Below are positions 23,501-36,029 of a stretch of DNA of 64,000 nucleotides, in pieces. How positions within the stretch are numbered: the first letter of the stretch is position 1; every line of letters starts with the position of its first letter. The position numbers and the translations under genes are program-made. The DNA comes from Lingula anatina (Eukaryota; Animalia; Brachiopoda). The notes beneath the pieces were generated by a model that made no database searches, was not told the origin of the DNA, and saw only the letters and a list, made by a program, of their open reading frames with translations. Where the stretch lies: NCBI GenBank assembly GCA_051362555.1, contig CM120642.1, positions 15,066,001 to 15,130,000 on the forward strand. The letters are read 5' to 3'.

Positions 23501-26500
23501 ACTCTGTCGAGTCGTACTCATATTGTGAACCTTTTGAGCACACTCATTTTGATGATTCGGAAACGTACGTTTGAAAGATGTGAATTTGAGACATTGCCTA
23601 ATAATTTTGGAGCATTTTATTACAATTAATTTTGCTCACTGTTATATTATATATCAATTTTATCTCAGAGTTTCTCAAATCATTATCATAATTGTTATAC
23701 AGTGTATATATTTAATTGACGATCTTAATCTCTGTGTTTATCACTGTATTTTTCTCTAAAATGTCTGTACATATATTACAATATTTTACAATTCAATTAA
23801 GACTTTACCTTAGCAACCGAATCCATATAAAATTTTTACCAGATTTAAAATTAAAAATGACAATATTAGTAAGAAGGTCGTCGATGGATGTAAGCTCTTC
23901 TTAGCACAATGCAATTTTATATGCAAAGGTATTGTATATTGATTTTTTAAAATCTTACAATTGACTGCACTCATGGACATTTCACAATATATATGCACTG
24001 TATTATTGAGAAGGAACGAGTGTAGGTTTTGTGTGGTTATGTATAGGCGAACGAAGAAAATTAACTTCTGTAGAAATGGGATTCAATCGCCGTAGTGAAA
24101 CATCTTGCAGCAGTGCTCTAGAGGCATTTTATCCCGTGATCAATGCTTAGCACGAATGTACATATACCGGATTTCACTATTTTTTTTTTACGATTTATGA
24201 AGTAAGATATTTTAATTGGCTTCTTACAATGCGTATTTATAGCAAAAGTCGCTTTAATTAGATGCACTTAATTTTTCTGATTTTCCTTTAAATATAATGC
24301 AGTACGATTAAAGGAGCTCACCTTCTCAGAGAAAGGTAACTTATCACTGCCGATGCATAGGAGACACCAAAGTTAATAGCCATGTTTGTGTATCTGTCTC
24401 CAGGTAAATTTTTCAAGTTGAAAAACACCCCATAGTTGAACAAACTCATACTGAACCTGAAATGAGGAAACAGGTAAATCAGTGGGGATCTGTAATGCAA
24501 TAATCAGAATATCCCAGTTTAAATAAAGATTGAAACATCAATATTCATGCATATACATGCAAGAGTTATGGACACAAAGGTAGCTTAAACCAATTCAACA
24601 CCATAGAACGTTTCGTTAGAAATGCACTTTTTTTTTCAAATTTATTTGGATAAATACGAAAGACCTACCAAACAAACATATTCTTCAGCGTAACCACGGT
24701 TAAGTCCGGTGAACGGAAAAGATCCCAAAAGCCAAATCTAGTCTCATGGTTTTCCATTGCCCTTTCTTTCTGAAGAAAAAATAATAAAGATGAGGATATT
24801 ATTCTGAATAAGTGTGCCTCTCTTTTAAGCTATTTAGAGCGCTAGGTTAAAAATTAAAACGGATCAAAATCAGAAAAGGGTTCATGGAAGGAGATTCCTG
24901 ATGTTAGATCTGGAGTAACCATATGAAGCTCTACTCCTCACTTCATGTTGTTTTATGAATAAGTCCATGTCAGGGAGTTTCTTATTGTTTCTTTTGGCTA
25001 TCCTCGTTGCTATGGTGACGACCTCATCGTACCGTCCTCTTGACAACAGCCACCGGGGGCTCTCTGGGAGAACCCTGTGAATAAAGACAACATTGTCAAA
25101 AAAATCTCAGAATGTTCTCTCTAATAGGGTTATCCGTATCAACATAAATATTAATATGTACAAAGGTCTAAAGTATCCCTTTAATTTGCTATTGGGGTGG
25201 GTTGATTTATATTCTCAAGTTTTAAGGTTATTACCAAACTAAAATGAAGTAAATATAGATAGTATAGATATATAGGAAATGAGAGAGAGAGAACATAATC
25301 TTAAGTAGGAATCTAACAAAAGAAATGCAAGATTATTCTAATGGTTTACCACCAAGTTCCAAGCAGCAAGAATCCAGGGAAGGGCGTGATCAGTTGAACA
25401 GTCCTCCAGTCACGAATGAAGTAAGCGATTGCCAGGAAAATCAAAGAAGCCATTGGCCAGATTCCCAGAACTATCACCACGGGGCGGTATTTGGGACCCA
25501 AAAACTCAATGCTCCAGGTGAAACCTGTGACTAAACACCCTGCTCGGGATATTGGAAATAAATTAGGATCAATATCGAGTTTCATTATATAATTCTTGCA
25601 TATAAATAATGCATAAAGTTCGTATATCATGTATTTTTACCTTATATATCATAACACAAGCATGTTTTCATAATTATCGCTTATAGTAAGTACAATGTAT
25701 ATTTTGTATATCTCTATAGAAATTTCGAGTACATGTTCAAGTATTCGCACCTCCTATTCCAATACCGTTAAAGAAGCGCAGTACAGCAAACTGGTACCAC
25801 GCAGTGGTAAAATATTGGCCCAGAGCCATCGAACTGGTCAGAAGTATGGCAGCAAAGTAGGCCTAAAATAGGAATAATCATCATATGGTATTTTTTATGA
25901 TATCACGTTCACCAGACAAGTCAGAAGTACTACATTGTACTGCCCTTTACTCTACCGATGAACATATTTTGGAACATGTTATGGACGGACTTTGTTTACT
26001 ATTATCTAGTAGTTTTTTTTTATTTGACTAACCTTTTTTCTTCCTAACGTATCACCAATCTGGCCAAACAGCAAACATCCCGCGAGCACTCCCGCCATCT
26101 GCAGGGAGGAGATGGTGTCACTGATGAAATCATTATCGCATACCAAGTCCCACTGTAAAATATTCACTGAGTATTAATGACCTAGCAACTTAAAACGTTA
26201 TCATTTGTTTCATTTTTGCGGTTACGTAACATTTACGGCTAAACTCGTTAACCTGCCTTAAACTGAATTAAAAACTGAATGTAAATAAATATCGGATTGT
26301 TATGTTTAAAACGCTTGGTTTATGGAAATTTATTTTACCGCTACTCGGTACTTCTCAACAGAACCTGAATGAAAGGGGCGAGTTTCAGAAATGAACTTTA
26401 GCTTGAAAATTGATCTAAACTTTTACATCAAATTGTGCCCTAGTCCGGTTCAAGATAAATCCATAGAAGTTCTGGTCTTTAACATTTGTCATGTATTTTT

Positions 26501-27345
26501 TTACATAACAGGCAGGCCCATTTTTTCATTTAATTGAACTACAACTGACTTCTCCCAGAGTCAAAACAGGTTACACTTTTTGTCTAAATACGTATTCTCC
26601 AGGCCAAAGTTCTTGTGTGGCTATACCGCAGCCCCTTAAAATTCGCAAGTGAAAACTTAGAGGCAATAACTAAAGAGGGTTAATCTGGTTAACACAGTAC
26701 GGTTCTGACCTCGGTGACAATTGATGTAAATTCTGTGTTGAAATCATAGTTGCTGCACATGCCACACTGACTGTTATTTCCTTCGGAGAAGGTGTCCGAC
26801 CCATTGCTAATATCTAGTGTTTTCAGTGTAGAAAACAATTGTGGCCCTCTCGTGGTAGTATTTCCATTCTGTACGTTTTCACTACATGTCCATCCCGGAT
26901 CAGCTCCAATGAAGATCAAGACCAACATAGACCAGCAAGAGTTAACTTCATGGAGGCTGATTAACAAAGCGAGAGCAAATTGGTACCAGCCAATTTGACC
27001 TGCAAAATTAAGAGTTAAACAAAGTTAAATGTGGCGCTGCTTTAAATGCGTTGCGTCTTCTGGCACTAAAAGATGGTTACTTGCACACTCGGCTTCCAGC
27101 ATGTCGCTTTTTATCACCTACGCTCGTCGTCTTATTACATAAAATGTAGTTAGGGGAAAAGATAGAGGGAAAAACTACATCTTTAAAACGTTCTAGGGTG
27201 AACATTGTGTAAAGTGACCAATGTGTCTTTGTGTTTAAGAAAAAGAAAGGTCAATACTTAATAACTAAGCCAAACCACATTTGATGATATCTCATATCAC
27301 AGACCACTCACCAATTTTCAGCAAAATGTCATCGAACTGTTGCAT
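19670..27345 (-). CDS. SLC22A15-like: SLC22-family transporter paralog C, complete, 12 coding exons, about 535 aa; hosts nested gene in intron 8
   Basis: Exons 27345-27312 (MQQFDDILLKIG), 26999-26710, 26152-26033, 25862-25751, 25539-25350, 25074-24942, 24769-24669, 24456-24322, 21027-20945, 20736-20616, 20291-20219, 19885-19670; total 1608 nt in frame. Confidence 0.93.
20452..20519. repeat. (AT)n microsatellite
   Basis: Uninterrupted dinucleotide run. Confidence 0.95.
21348..21478 (+). mobile_element. Short Helentron-associated (HINE/DINE-1-like) element remnant
   Basis: Starts AACAAGAG, contains an ACGG/ACAG microsatellite-like tract (ACGGACCGACGGACAGACCGAC), and ends in a hairpin CCCCTTCTTC...GAAGAGGGGG. 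Confidence 0.5.
21856..23574 (+). CDS. Uncharacterised intronless membrane protein (572 aa; about 4 N-terminal TM helices, long Ser/Asn-rich tail with tyrosine motifs, C-terminal ETYV), nested antisense in intron 8 of gene C
   Basis: 1719-nt uninterrupted ORF in otherwise stop-rich DNA, visibly more GC-rich than its flanks. Four hydrophobic segments in residues ~20-137, then CCNSRCHLPSTTCPC and RKKKK. Start could be the second Met (AACATGAGA). Confidence 0.85.
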   Translation: MPVHTCLEIRQKENMRSCSKIFWILFFLLILSGPVLSFLVQSPVLLYWIAVSYYVIIIILLSVVLLRYILKKDRDKCKVLALCTGVFLWTFTLTCGFFLWALIRTLPAEATRFLIISVGGFVILLLILIAICGCIAYNGQKLRLQTCCNSRCHLPSTTCPCINTRKKKKMAAQMEGEGLVWTSFNEPIDTAKVLFEYRKPSDTPSLASSYLDLRIIDELYVREFASRNGDLATGAEPSLSFCPDCKHPYSALSSPPLDQSVRERRPCSDNSFNSAKAYRNGCNLSLVLSPVSFDSETGVNSNHTGYKGRQIGQEGDRDFQKGAFSDYERANNEKPDSQTAAGEDSGIFLSDQFLGSLSSSNVCRSNSFNPQSVDTARVSNNLNNCTTYHSDPTLHTVVQGCATIATIDGVEMGFYHVSSSKQSSEDDVNAQQENHYETVIYHPSTVSTNSVHTDAYSEGLSIQDKAKDKVSSNKDGIKGPTSKTNNSETQCPAETDGSERHDYETSEKHIIAHPSSYTNLSVFNAIFKPQKGDVPNNNTWPLSRARRKYSVESYSYCEPFEHTHFDDSETYV

Positions 27346-29091
27346 ATTTGATGCTGTGTAATTGCTGTCAAACCACGGGGAACCTGACACTCGTAATACG
27401 TTGTGCGCACAATTACAAGTTCTACTTTGCGACCTTCACCAATCGTTTTATCTATCCTGAGGTGCATCTTGACAACAGTCTGACTGATTGAACATCTTTT
27501 TAGGACAATACATCGTGATAGACACCACACACATATTTACACTAATGAGATACTGGCAGCAGACAAGTTCAGCAGACAAATGTTCATTGATAGCAATAAC
27601 TTGCACACTATACCCACTCTGATATGACAAGTGTTACAATTGGAGAAACGATTAAAAGTGCATGAGATGAGATTTAAAGTTTTTTTTCTGAAAAAAAAAT
27701 TAAGGGAATTATGCCACTGAAATGTCACCAGGGAAGCAAAAACATTTGAATATTATAATGATTCTACGCAACTTATCTGTTTTCTGTTCGTTTATCAAGC
27801 GCAGATAAACTTATTAAGGTTATTCAGTACATAATTCATCTATACTCATAAATCAAGAAGCCTCTAGAAGAATTATGCGACCAATGAATAAGCTAACCAT
27901 AAGGGATCAAAGTCACATTTTATCATTTTGCACAGTTTCTTCTGGATTGGAGTAAAACATTCTGTAACCTTTTCGAAGTGATGTCGATTCACATACAGGG
28001 CAAACACAGTGAGAGATCAGTTTTGCTTGATCAGTTGCGTAGCTGTTACGTAATAGTATAATTAAATTTATGAGTAGGAATATACGTAATTGCATGGTGA
28101 CACTTTTTTGGTAGCCGAGTAGAGTTATGTTTCTCCTTTATTAAGTTATTCATATTTCTTCATTTTGAACAAATGATCCGGGTTTTTGGTAATTCGTCTG
28201 TCGTTACTATTGTGCTGTTATAACAAGTGATTTTATACATTTTAACATGTACAACTAGTAGCATTTGCTATTATCATCCTGAACGCGTTTGATAGGAAGG
28301 AACTTGCTATACGTGGTTTGAATATTAATCAGGTTGAACTTTAAATGTCCACCTGGGTTTCTCGTTATGAGTGTTTGGTTTTGGTATTTGTAACTCACTC
28401 AGTGTGCGTATATTGCCAATGAATCTTGGTCTATAAGTTGTTATACGATAAAACGTAGTTATCTGTTTGTTTATTTATCTATTTGTAACTCTATTTGGCA
28501 GAGGTATCGGTTCATTACATTTTTCTGTGGCTGATCGGAATAAAAACCGCATTTCCTTTGGTATTTTTTGTCTTTTTTTAGCTCATCTTGCAGTGGATGG
28601 GCTCAAAAATTAAAATGCAATATAATAAAAAACTATAGATTGGAATTTAAAAGAGAGAGGTACAGCTATGAGATATAAACAAGACAACGTCACCACCAAT
28701 AGGGACGGAATACATTATAACTCTGCATTAAATTTTCTGATACTTAGAGTCGAGTAAAAGTGTCTAAAATTCATGAATTCACTAAAGCATCTACCAAATA
28801 AGTTCTCTGTTCCTCCATAGATAAAGGTTGTTCGTCACCCTTTTGCTGTGTAAATATTCACCGCTCACCTTTCACACCAAGACGTTGGTTTTCTGTTTGC
28901 TTGCAGTCAGTTGGTAGAGGTTAACACGATGTAGATAGCAATGAAACGCAACTTTAGGTGCCGACTCTGTGTATTTGTAAACCGTCAAAATATCTAGGTC
29001 AACGGGGCGTCTTCCGATAATGCTTACAGTTTATATATATTTGTGTTAGTAGTGTTGCCACCTCTTTGCTTGAGGTCACAGCTTATGAAAA

Positions 29092-30790
29092 ATGGCTCAG
29101 TTTGATGACTTACTATTAGAAGTTGGTAAGTTGAATGCTTTTTGTAGACATGGTTGCCGTAGAATTATTTTAAGCATAACACTGATGTACTGGTGGTGCC
29201 CATCATTCAGGATTAATATTACTTTTAAAATTTAAGTTTTCCAGTCATTCATCAGATATCAAAGTACATCTCAAAGATGCTGGTATATACGATGTAGAAA
29301 TGTCGCTTTCGCTAATTTTTATATATAGATAACAATAAATAAATAAAATAGAAAAATAAAAACAATGATATAAACATATAATAACTTGCATGGCTTTTTT
29401 ACAAGCCACATATGATTTTTTCGTGAATTTACATTTGTAATTTGAAATTAAATTTAAGCCAGTGAATTCTTATGGGTTGCCTCACATCAAGGTAATGTTG
29501 TGGGTTTTTTTCAGGAGAAATCGGCTGGTACCAAATTGCCCTGACTCTAATCATTGGCATAGGATGGGAGCTCAGTGCAGCGTGGACTATGATGATTATG
29601 ATATTTATTGGGACTGACCCCGGTTGGACTTGTGCTGACAATACCACGATCGGGAATGACTCATCAACTATCGCAACGCCATCTCTACATTATACAGACA
29701 GCCCTCTATCAAACCTGTCCGCGCCCACAGTAAAGAAATGTGACGTGTGCTCGAGCTATGAATTCAGCAAGGAATTCACCTCTATTGTGACAGAAGTAAA
29801 TGATATACTATTTTTGTTATGAATACAGTCATCTAGATTTTCCCAGAAAAGAAGGATTTCTCAACTTAAAGTTTTGTCTGCCTCTGTACTTTTCTCCCTG
29901 GATAATGAACTCCTCCTCCTCCCCTTGCAGTAACCTGGTAAAATTTACACTTATCCCACAGACATAATCAAAACCTTTATAGCGTTACGCTACCATAAAA
30001 TTTTAGGTTATATAACATGATGGTAATATTTTTAAAATAACCTTCTGTGTGCTGGGTATTATCCACTGACTTTGTCTTGACATAACTTATAAATAATCAA
30101 TGTCAATTAGATTGTGTGATACAGTAGATAAAAACTATATGTATTCAAAGTCGTATTTTAAGGGGTTGCATTTTCCTTTCCCTCTCGGCAAGAATGGCAC
30201 CCAGTTGAATGTTCAAAATCTTTTCTTTGTTTTCCTTCAAGATCTGAAGTTTTTAAGGTGATAAATATATCTTCAAATTTCAGTGGGAATTGGTTTGTGA
30301 GCATGGCTTCATTAGTGACACAATCACGTCGGTTCAAATGGCGGGTGTGTTTGTCGGATCTCTACTATTTGGGCAGCTGAGTGATTTGTTTGGGAGAAAG
30401 AAGGTAATAATACATGTTTAATACAATACCCTTTAACTTAGAGAAAAATGTCTTGAAATCTACCTTCCCCTGCTTTAAGCCGTATCAGTCAGTTGCTAGC
30501 TACTTTCGCAAATCATAGAAAAAATACTATGTATTGTGAGGATGTAAAAAGAAAAGAATACATTAAAATCCCGAACGTAAAAGCGTCACTGCTGTATGAT
30601 GAACGAAATACATGTATTTCAGCCGCACTTCTTGGCTATTGTCGGTGGAAGCATCATTGGCGTGGCCCAGGCATTTGCTACAAGCTGGGTAGTTTTTGCA
30701 GTTTGTCGCTTTTGCAGTGGGGTCTTTACTGCAGGTAAAGTAGTAGTATTGTTCAATCTCCTTCAGAGAAAAAGACACGATTTAGATACT

Positions 30791-30834
<44 letters not shown>

Positions 30835-33800
30835 GATAGGGAGGAGTCAAATCAAACAAAACGATGAAAGGTGTAAATAAATGTTGTGCGTGTGTGCGGG
30901 CACGTGTTTATGTTCGCGAGCGTTTGTGTGTTATCTCACAATATCAAATGGTTGATTTAATAAAATATAGCTTGTATTTTTCTAAGGAACCATTGTCGTT
31001 GGTGGGTTGTATGGGATCGAATACCTGGGTCCTAAATACCGTCATATCCCTATGACGTTTGGGTTATGGACGAGTTTTTCGTTGCTCTTATTGGCGTTTG
31101 CATACTTTATCCGCAACTGGCGCCATCTGCTTTTGGTTGCCTCTGCACCTGGTCTTGCTGTTGTTGCAAGTTGGTGGTAAGGGTAATTTTATCATGCATG
31201 AATATCAGTCAGGATCAGTAGAAAACATTCTGCGATGTGATTAATTTTATTTTCCGTAAAAGTGTCTACATAAAAATTTATGTTTAAAACATTAATTTGT
31301 TGGCAGTTTTAATATACTCGTAAATACCCAAATATACCCGTAAGTACACATAAATCGTCAATGTATGTAATCCTCAAACCAATTTGGGTCAGATACCTTT
31401 GACATACTATAATGCAAGATGAAAGAAAACAGCAAAACTACTCTTGGAATCGGTTTTCGTTTTTCATATAGGTTCCTACCCGAGAGTCCTCGATGGCTTC
31501 TTAGTCAGGGGCGCTATAAAGAGGTCACGAGCATCGTAAAGAGAATTGCCAAGAGCAACAAAAAACCTGAGCCGGATATGGGAAAATTCATTAAAGAATA
31601 TGAAGTTGGTTTCCTTTCTTAAATAATAAATGTTTCAATTCTGAATTATATTTTATGTGGTAAACAAACCATTTAAAAATACCCGTTACAGCAAGGAAAT
31701 GGTTTGGCATGTAACGTATGTACACTTAATCATTGTTTATTAACAATATGTGTGTGAAGATGTTTTGAAATAGGGTTTAAAGGAAGCATTCATTTTTCTA
31801 CTTTGCAGAATGAAAGCAAATATCGCATTGCAATATTTGTTTGAATACATGATCATTTTGTTAATTAAATATGGATACTATATTATCAGAGTCAGACGCC
31901 GAATGCTGAACACGGGGTGAAGTATGGCTATTGGGACCTCTTCCGTACACCCACCCTAGCTAAGCAAACCCTCATCTTCTGCTTTTTATGGTAAGTGATT
32001 CATTCACGTTATTAGCATGTAGAACGTAACTTGACTTGTCGCTTCTTCTTCTTCTTCTTCAAAAAAAAAATTATATTTGAATATGACTTCTCCGTAATAT
32101 CTTCACTGCTTGTTTATCTGGACATTTTAGGCATCAGGAACGATTCGGGGGAGGGGGGGTACTGGTAGATCTATCCCTAAGATATCCATTGTTACATTTA
32201 AGAGCTTTTTTTTTCACTTGGCCCTCCTGGGATTCCATACTTTAAAGCATTTTGCTTGTCTGGTGTTTGATTACTATATCGAATCTATAGCAAGACACAG
32301 CCCTGTTTATGTTTTGAACAGCTTCCATGCTGGTTTGGTTCCCATTTATCATGTACGGGCTAACTTATTTCTGAAGATTATTTTATTTCGTTCTCTTTTA
32401 GGTTTTGCATGAGCCTGATTTCGTACGGTGCTGTATTCAACGTAAAGAATTTACCTGGCAATAGATTTGTTAACATGGCAGTGAATTTTGCTATTGGTTA
32501 TTTTCTGCCCATTGCTCTTCTTGGTCTTCCCAGGTGGTACGTACGATGAAAACTTTTCCATAATTTGCACGTCGTATAAAAATAATTTGTGCATTTTTAC
32601 GTATGTGAAAAAAATTACAGCATTTATGTTATGCAGTTTATCTGGATTTTTTCTCCGAAGTGCCTCGTTTGCTTTTTATCTGGTCACTATAATTTTAACT
32701 TTAGGTTTGGGCGCAAGACGATTACTATCGCAAGTTTTCTTATAGCAGCTGTCGGCTTTATACCAATTCTGGTGATATATATCATTGGTATGCACTTTTT
32801 ATCTCCATTGTAAATGTGTGTATGTATGCATTGTTCTCCCGGACAAAATATCTGTAAACTGATTAAAAAGGTTGAAAATGATGAAAAGCAATATAAAATA
32901 CGTTTGGGTGTGTATTATAATATAACTAAATAATATATTTAAACCGTGTACTAGATTAACACAGGTCTTTCAGACGTACCAAAACGCCCCGTTCGCAATT
33001 CCACCGTTCAATCAACTCGCGAAATCTTTACCATGTATTTCTCACTCGTCTTGTTAAGGTAAATCTGAAGAGCTATGGGTATTGATAATTGTACTGACTA
33101 CAATTGGAACAACAGCAGTGGGCATGGCTTGGCAGGTGTTAGTTTTACTCAAACTGGAAACCTACCCAACTGCAATAAGGTAAGATAAGTATACTGTATT
33201 CATAAGAAGCATTTCTGGTGGTCAAATGTGTCTGAAACTAGTGTTTTATTATGCCATGGCCACTATAGAATGTGTATACACTTTTTAAAGTCTATACACA
33301 CTTAGTTGAGCATAAGATATATCTAACAACTAAGTGAATTTTAACGTGAATTTTAATATGGTCATGTAGTGATAAATAACTTTATCGTTAGGAACATCGG
33401 AATTGGTTTCTCATCGATGTTTGCGCGCATTGGAGGAATTCTGGCTCCCCAGATGGCTTATTTTGTAAGTATCTAGATTTATATTATTAGGATTATATTT
33501 TGTCATTAAAAAACTTTGAAGATATGGCTGAAATTTACAATCAATGAAGAAATTGCAGTGTACCTAAGATATGATAAGTCACGAGGAGGTAGAAAAAGAT
33601 AGACTTACTATTTTTTTCTGTTTTTCCTTTCAGAGCACGTTTTGGAAACCAATTCCATTTGTGATAAGTGGTATCCTCGCTGTGGTTTGTGCTGTTGTCA
33701 CTTACCTGTTGAAGGAAACGAAAAATAAAGTCTTGGTAGACACAGTCCCTGACAGAGAATGGTGCCTCTATTGTAGCAGAAATAATATGGACGATACCAG

Positions 33801-33843
33801 AAATGACGCAAATGAAATCGTCTCGAAAGTTTCAAGTGTGTAA
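29092..33843 (+). CDS. SLC22A15-like: SLC22-family transporter paralog D, complete, 12 coding exons, about 530 aa
   Basis: Exons 29092-29125 ([12 protein letters not shown]), 29515-29795, 30284-30403, 30623-30734, 30987-31176, 31472-31604, 31890-31990, 32402-32536, 32705-32787, 33059-33179, 33392-33464, 33634-33843; total 1593 nt. Confidence 0.93.
30795..30831. repeat. (TA)n microsatellite
   Basis: Uninterrupted dinucleotide run. Confidence 0.95.
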
Positions 33844-34777
33844 AACATACATAAAAGCGAAGCTACGAGGGTAATTAACTGTGGTGCAACTTTTTATTTA
33901 ACTGCAGCAGTATTTCATTGCCTTGTCTGTCGACACCATTTTTGTTGCGCAGCTATACGAAGTCATTAAATACAAAGTCATCTTCATGTTACACTGAAAT
34001 GACATGCTCTGTTTAAAATGCATTGATGTCACTTTCAAGTTTGAAAAAGGGTTTTCTCGGTCTTTAGATTCACTGTTAAAGAAAGGTTATACTCTTGCGT
34101 CACACGTCCATCTCTGATGTCTTAACCTGTAATGATACGTTCGGTTTGTACAATGGTGCAGTTTTTTATTTGGGGTAAAACATAGTTATACACTCAGGCT
34201 ATTGGGAACTCATCTGTATTGATAATGCATACATTTACAGTGTCAAAAAGCAGAGTTTAAACAGAGAGAAATCGCAAAGGGCTTTTTATGTAAAGTTCGG
34301 TGGACACATGTACCGAATGTTATCACATGAAAATACTTAATCGCTGAGTGACATCGATATAATCATTGAAATGATTTTGATGCACTTGGGCTATCCTAAA
34401 CTCTAAGATTGATGAAGGTACACGACTCGGTAAACATGAATATCTTCTTTTCCTTATACAGCAGAAAAAATGTTTCATGAGAACTACATGTAATATTAGA
34501 TGATGTGCTTTTTAAACCGCGCACTGCTGAAAGGGATTCTATGTCATTAGCGGCAAACGTTAATTAACGTGTGCATATGTTATCAAATACCTCTTCTTTA
34601 AACTCCGACTTAGGGATATTGTAACCCTTTATTACCACTCAGATACAGAAAATGACTTTTTTCCTGAATCGTATTATCCAGTAATGCATAAATCTATCTT
34701 TGTGCTGATTTAAAACAATGAAAAACTCTCGAAAATATAAAATATCGGCGTTTATATTTTCTCGTTGCAATGTTTAA

Positions 34778-34943
34778 GCATGGGCAACTCAAAACTTTAA
34801 TCGTCTATTTAACCTGCTTAAATGTCTGTCACGCCTACCGAATCAGCTAGGGGGTAAAGGTAAATACCCCCTAACTGCTTTACTAGGCGTGACAGACATT
34901 TAAACCGGTTAAATCGACAGCAATTTAGTGAGATTCTCCATGC
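34778..34943. mobile_element. Palindromic MITE-like element
   Basis: TTAAATGTCTGTCACGCCTA / TAGGCGTGACAGACATTTAA perfect arms, inner TAGGGGGTA/TACCCCCTA, outer GCATGG/CCATGC. Confidence 0.65.
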
Positions 34944-35376
34944 AGGGAGATAGATCGATCCAAATATCTGTGGTCCCTAAGGCTGCAAGGGTGGTTAGGA
35001 TGTGGTGGGTTCAGTTGCCCCTAGAGATTCACAGTAACTATGTCAGGCAGAAGAAACAAAGTAAGTCGAATAGTGACTTTGAGCAAATATCACTTTATTT
35101 GAGATGTGGAAGATCAGAAAAAAGTACAAAGGGTTGAACGGAAAATATCCCGAGTAGTAGGACAGTTTAGAAATTTTGTCTTTTTTTAATGAAGTACGCT
35201 CAAAGTGATATGTTCACAAAGTACATGTTACTGCATATCTTGGCTTTCTTACTAAAATATTACGAGTGTATTGTCCAGTCCAGTACAGCTTTACACGAGA
35301 CCGTCCTTTAAACTGGAGCAGCGAGTAAGCGACGCTTTACAGCCCCGTCGACCAAAGTCAACCCCAACCGTTTAGT

Positions 35377-35416
35377 GCAGCAGCAGCAGCAGCACCACCA
35401 CCAGCAGCAACAGCAG
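35377..35416. repeat. (CAG/CAC)n trinucleotide repeat
   Basis: GCAGCAGCAGCAGCAGCACCACCACCAGCAGCAACAGCAG. Confidence 0.85.
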
Positions 35417-36029
35417 TTAAGATACTGAGAAGTTCACAAAAAATACTACTTCTTCTCCCCCATCATGTAATGATTTTAAGGATACCTTGGTACTTATGTG
35501 CCTTTACAGATTAAGAACTGGCAAAGAAAGCAGGAAAATTACTTTGGACGTGTAGATTTCTAAACTTTCGTTTTCACATTCTGTATTGTGAGTCATTCAA
35601 ATTCGAGAAAGCGAATTTTCGGTTTTGGGTAAATGCTGTTTCGTGTTATTAAAAGTTTGAGAAAAGTTTGTTTTCATTGTTGTCTGATCCGTGGTGGGCG
35701 CAAGGACCCGATAAACAGATACTGGGCCCTTATTAGCTAGCGAGTAACGGGGGTGCAACAGACCGTGAAACGCACTCGTACAGGACGTGCTTTTATTTCT
35801 AATACAGCACGATCGAGTCTTTTTTCTACGCGCTAGGCGTGGTTTAAGCCTGTATCTGGCGTTAGTTTCTATTATTAGACTGGTTCATATTGCACTCGAT
35901 ACCCGGACCTCAAACATTATATCAGTAGCAGGGTAAACATTGTATCATGAATGAAACGACCTCTTGCAATCGTCACTTTAAGGTTTACATTCCAGGTCGT
36001 ACGCATACTACTGTCCCGTTTGATCCCAA

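Noticed and set aside
29031-29040. TATA-like motifs upstream of D (and of H near 55415)
   Set aside because: Cannot be distinguished from chance in AT-rich DNA without TSS data.
35690-35790. GC-rich stretch resembling a tRNA-derived SINE or ncRNA
   Set aside because: No convincing A/B boxes or cloverleaf, and no second copy in the window.
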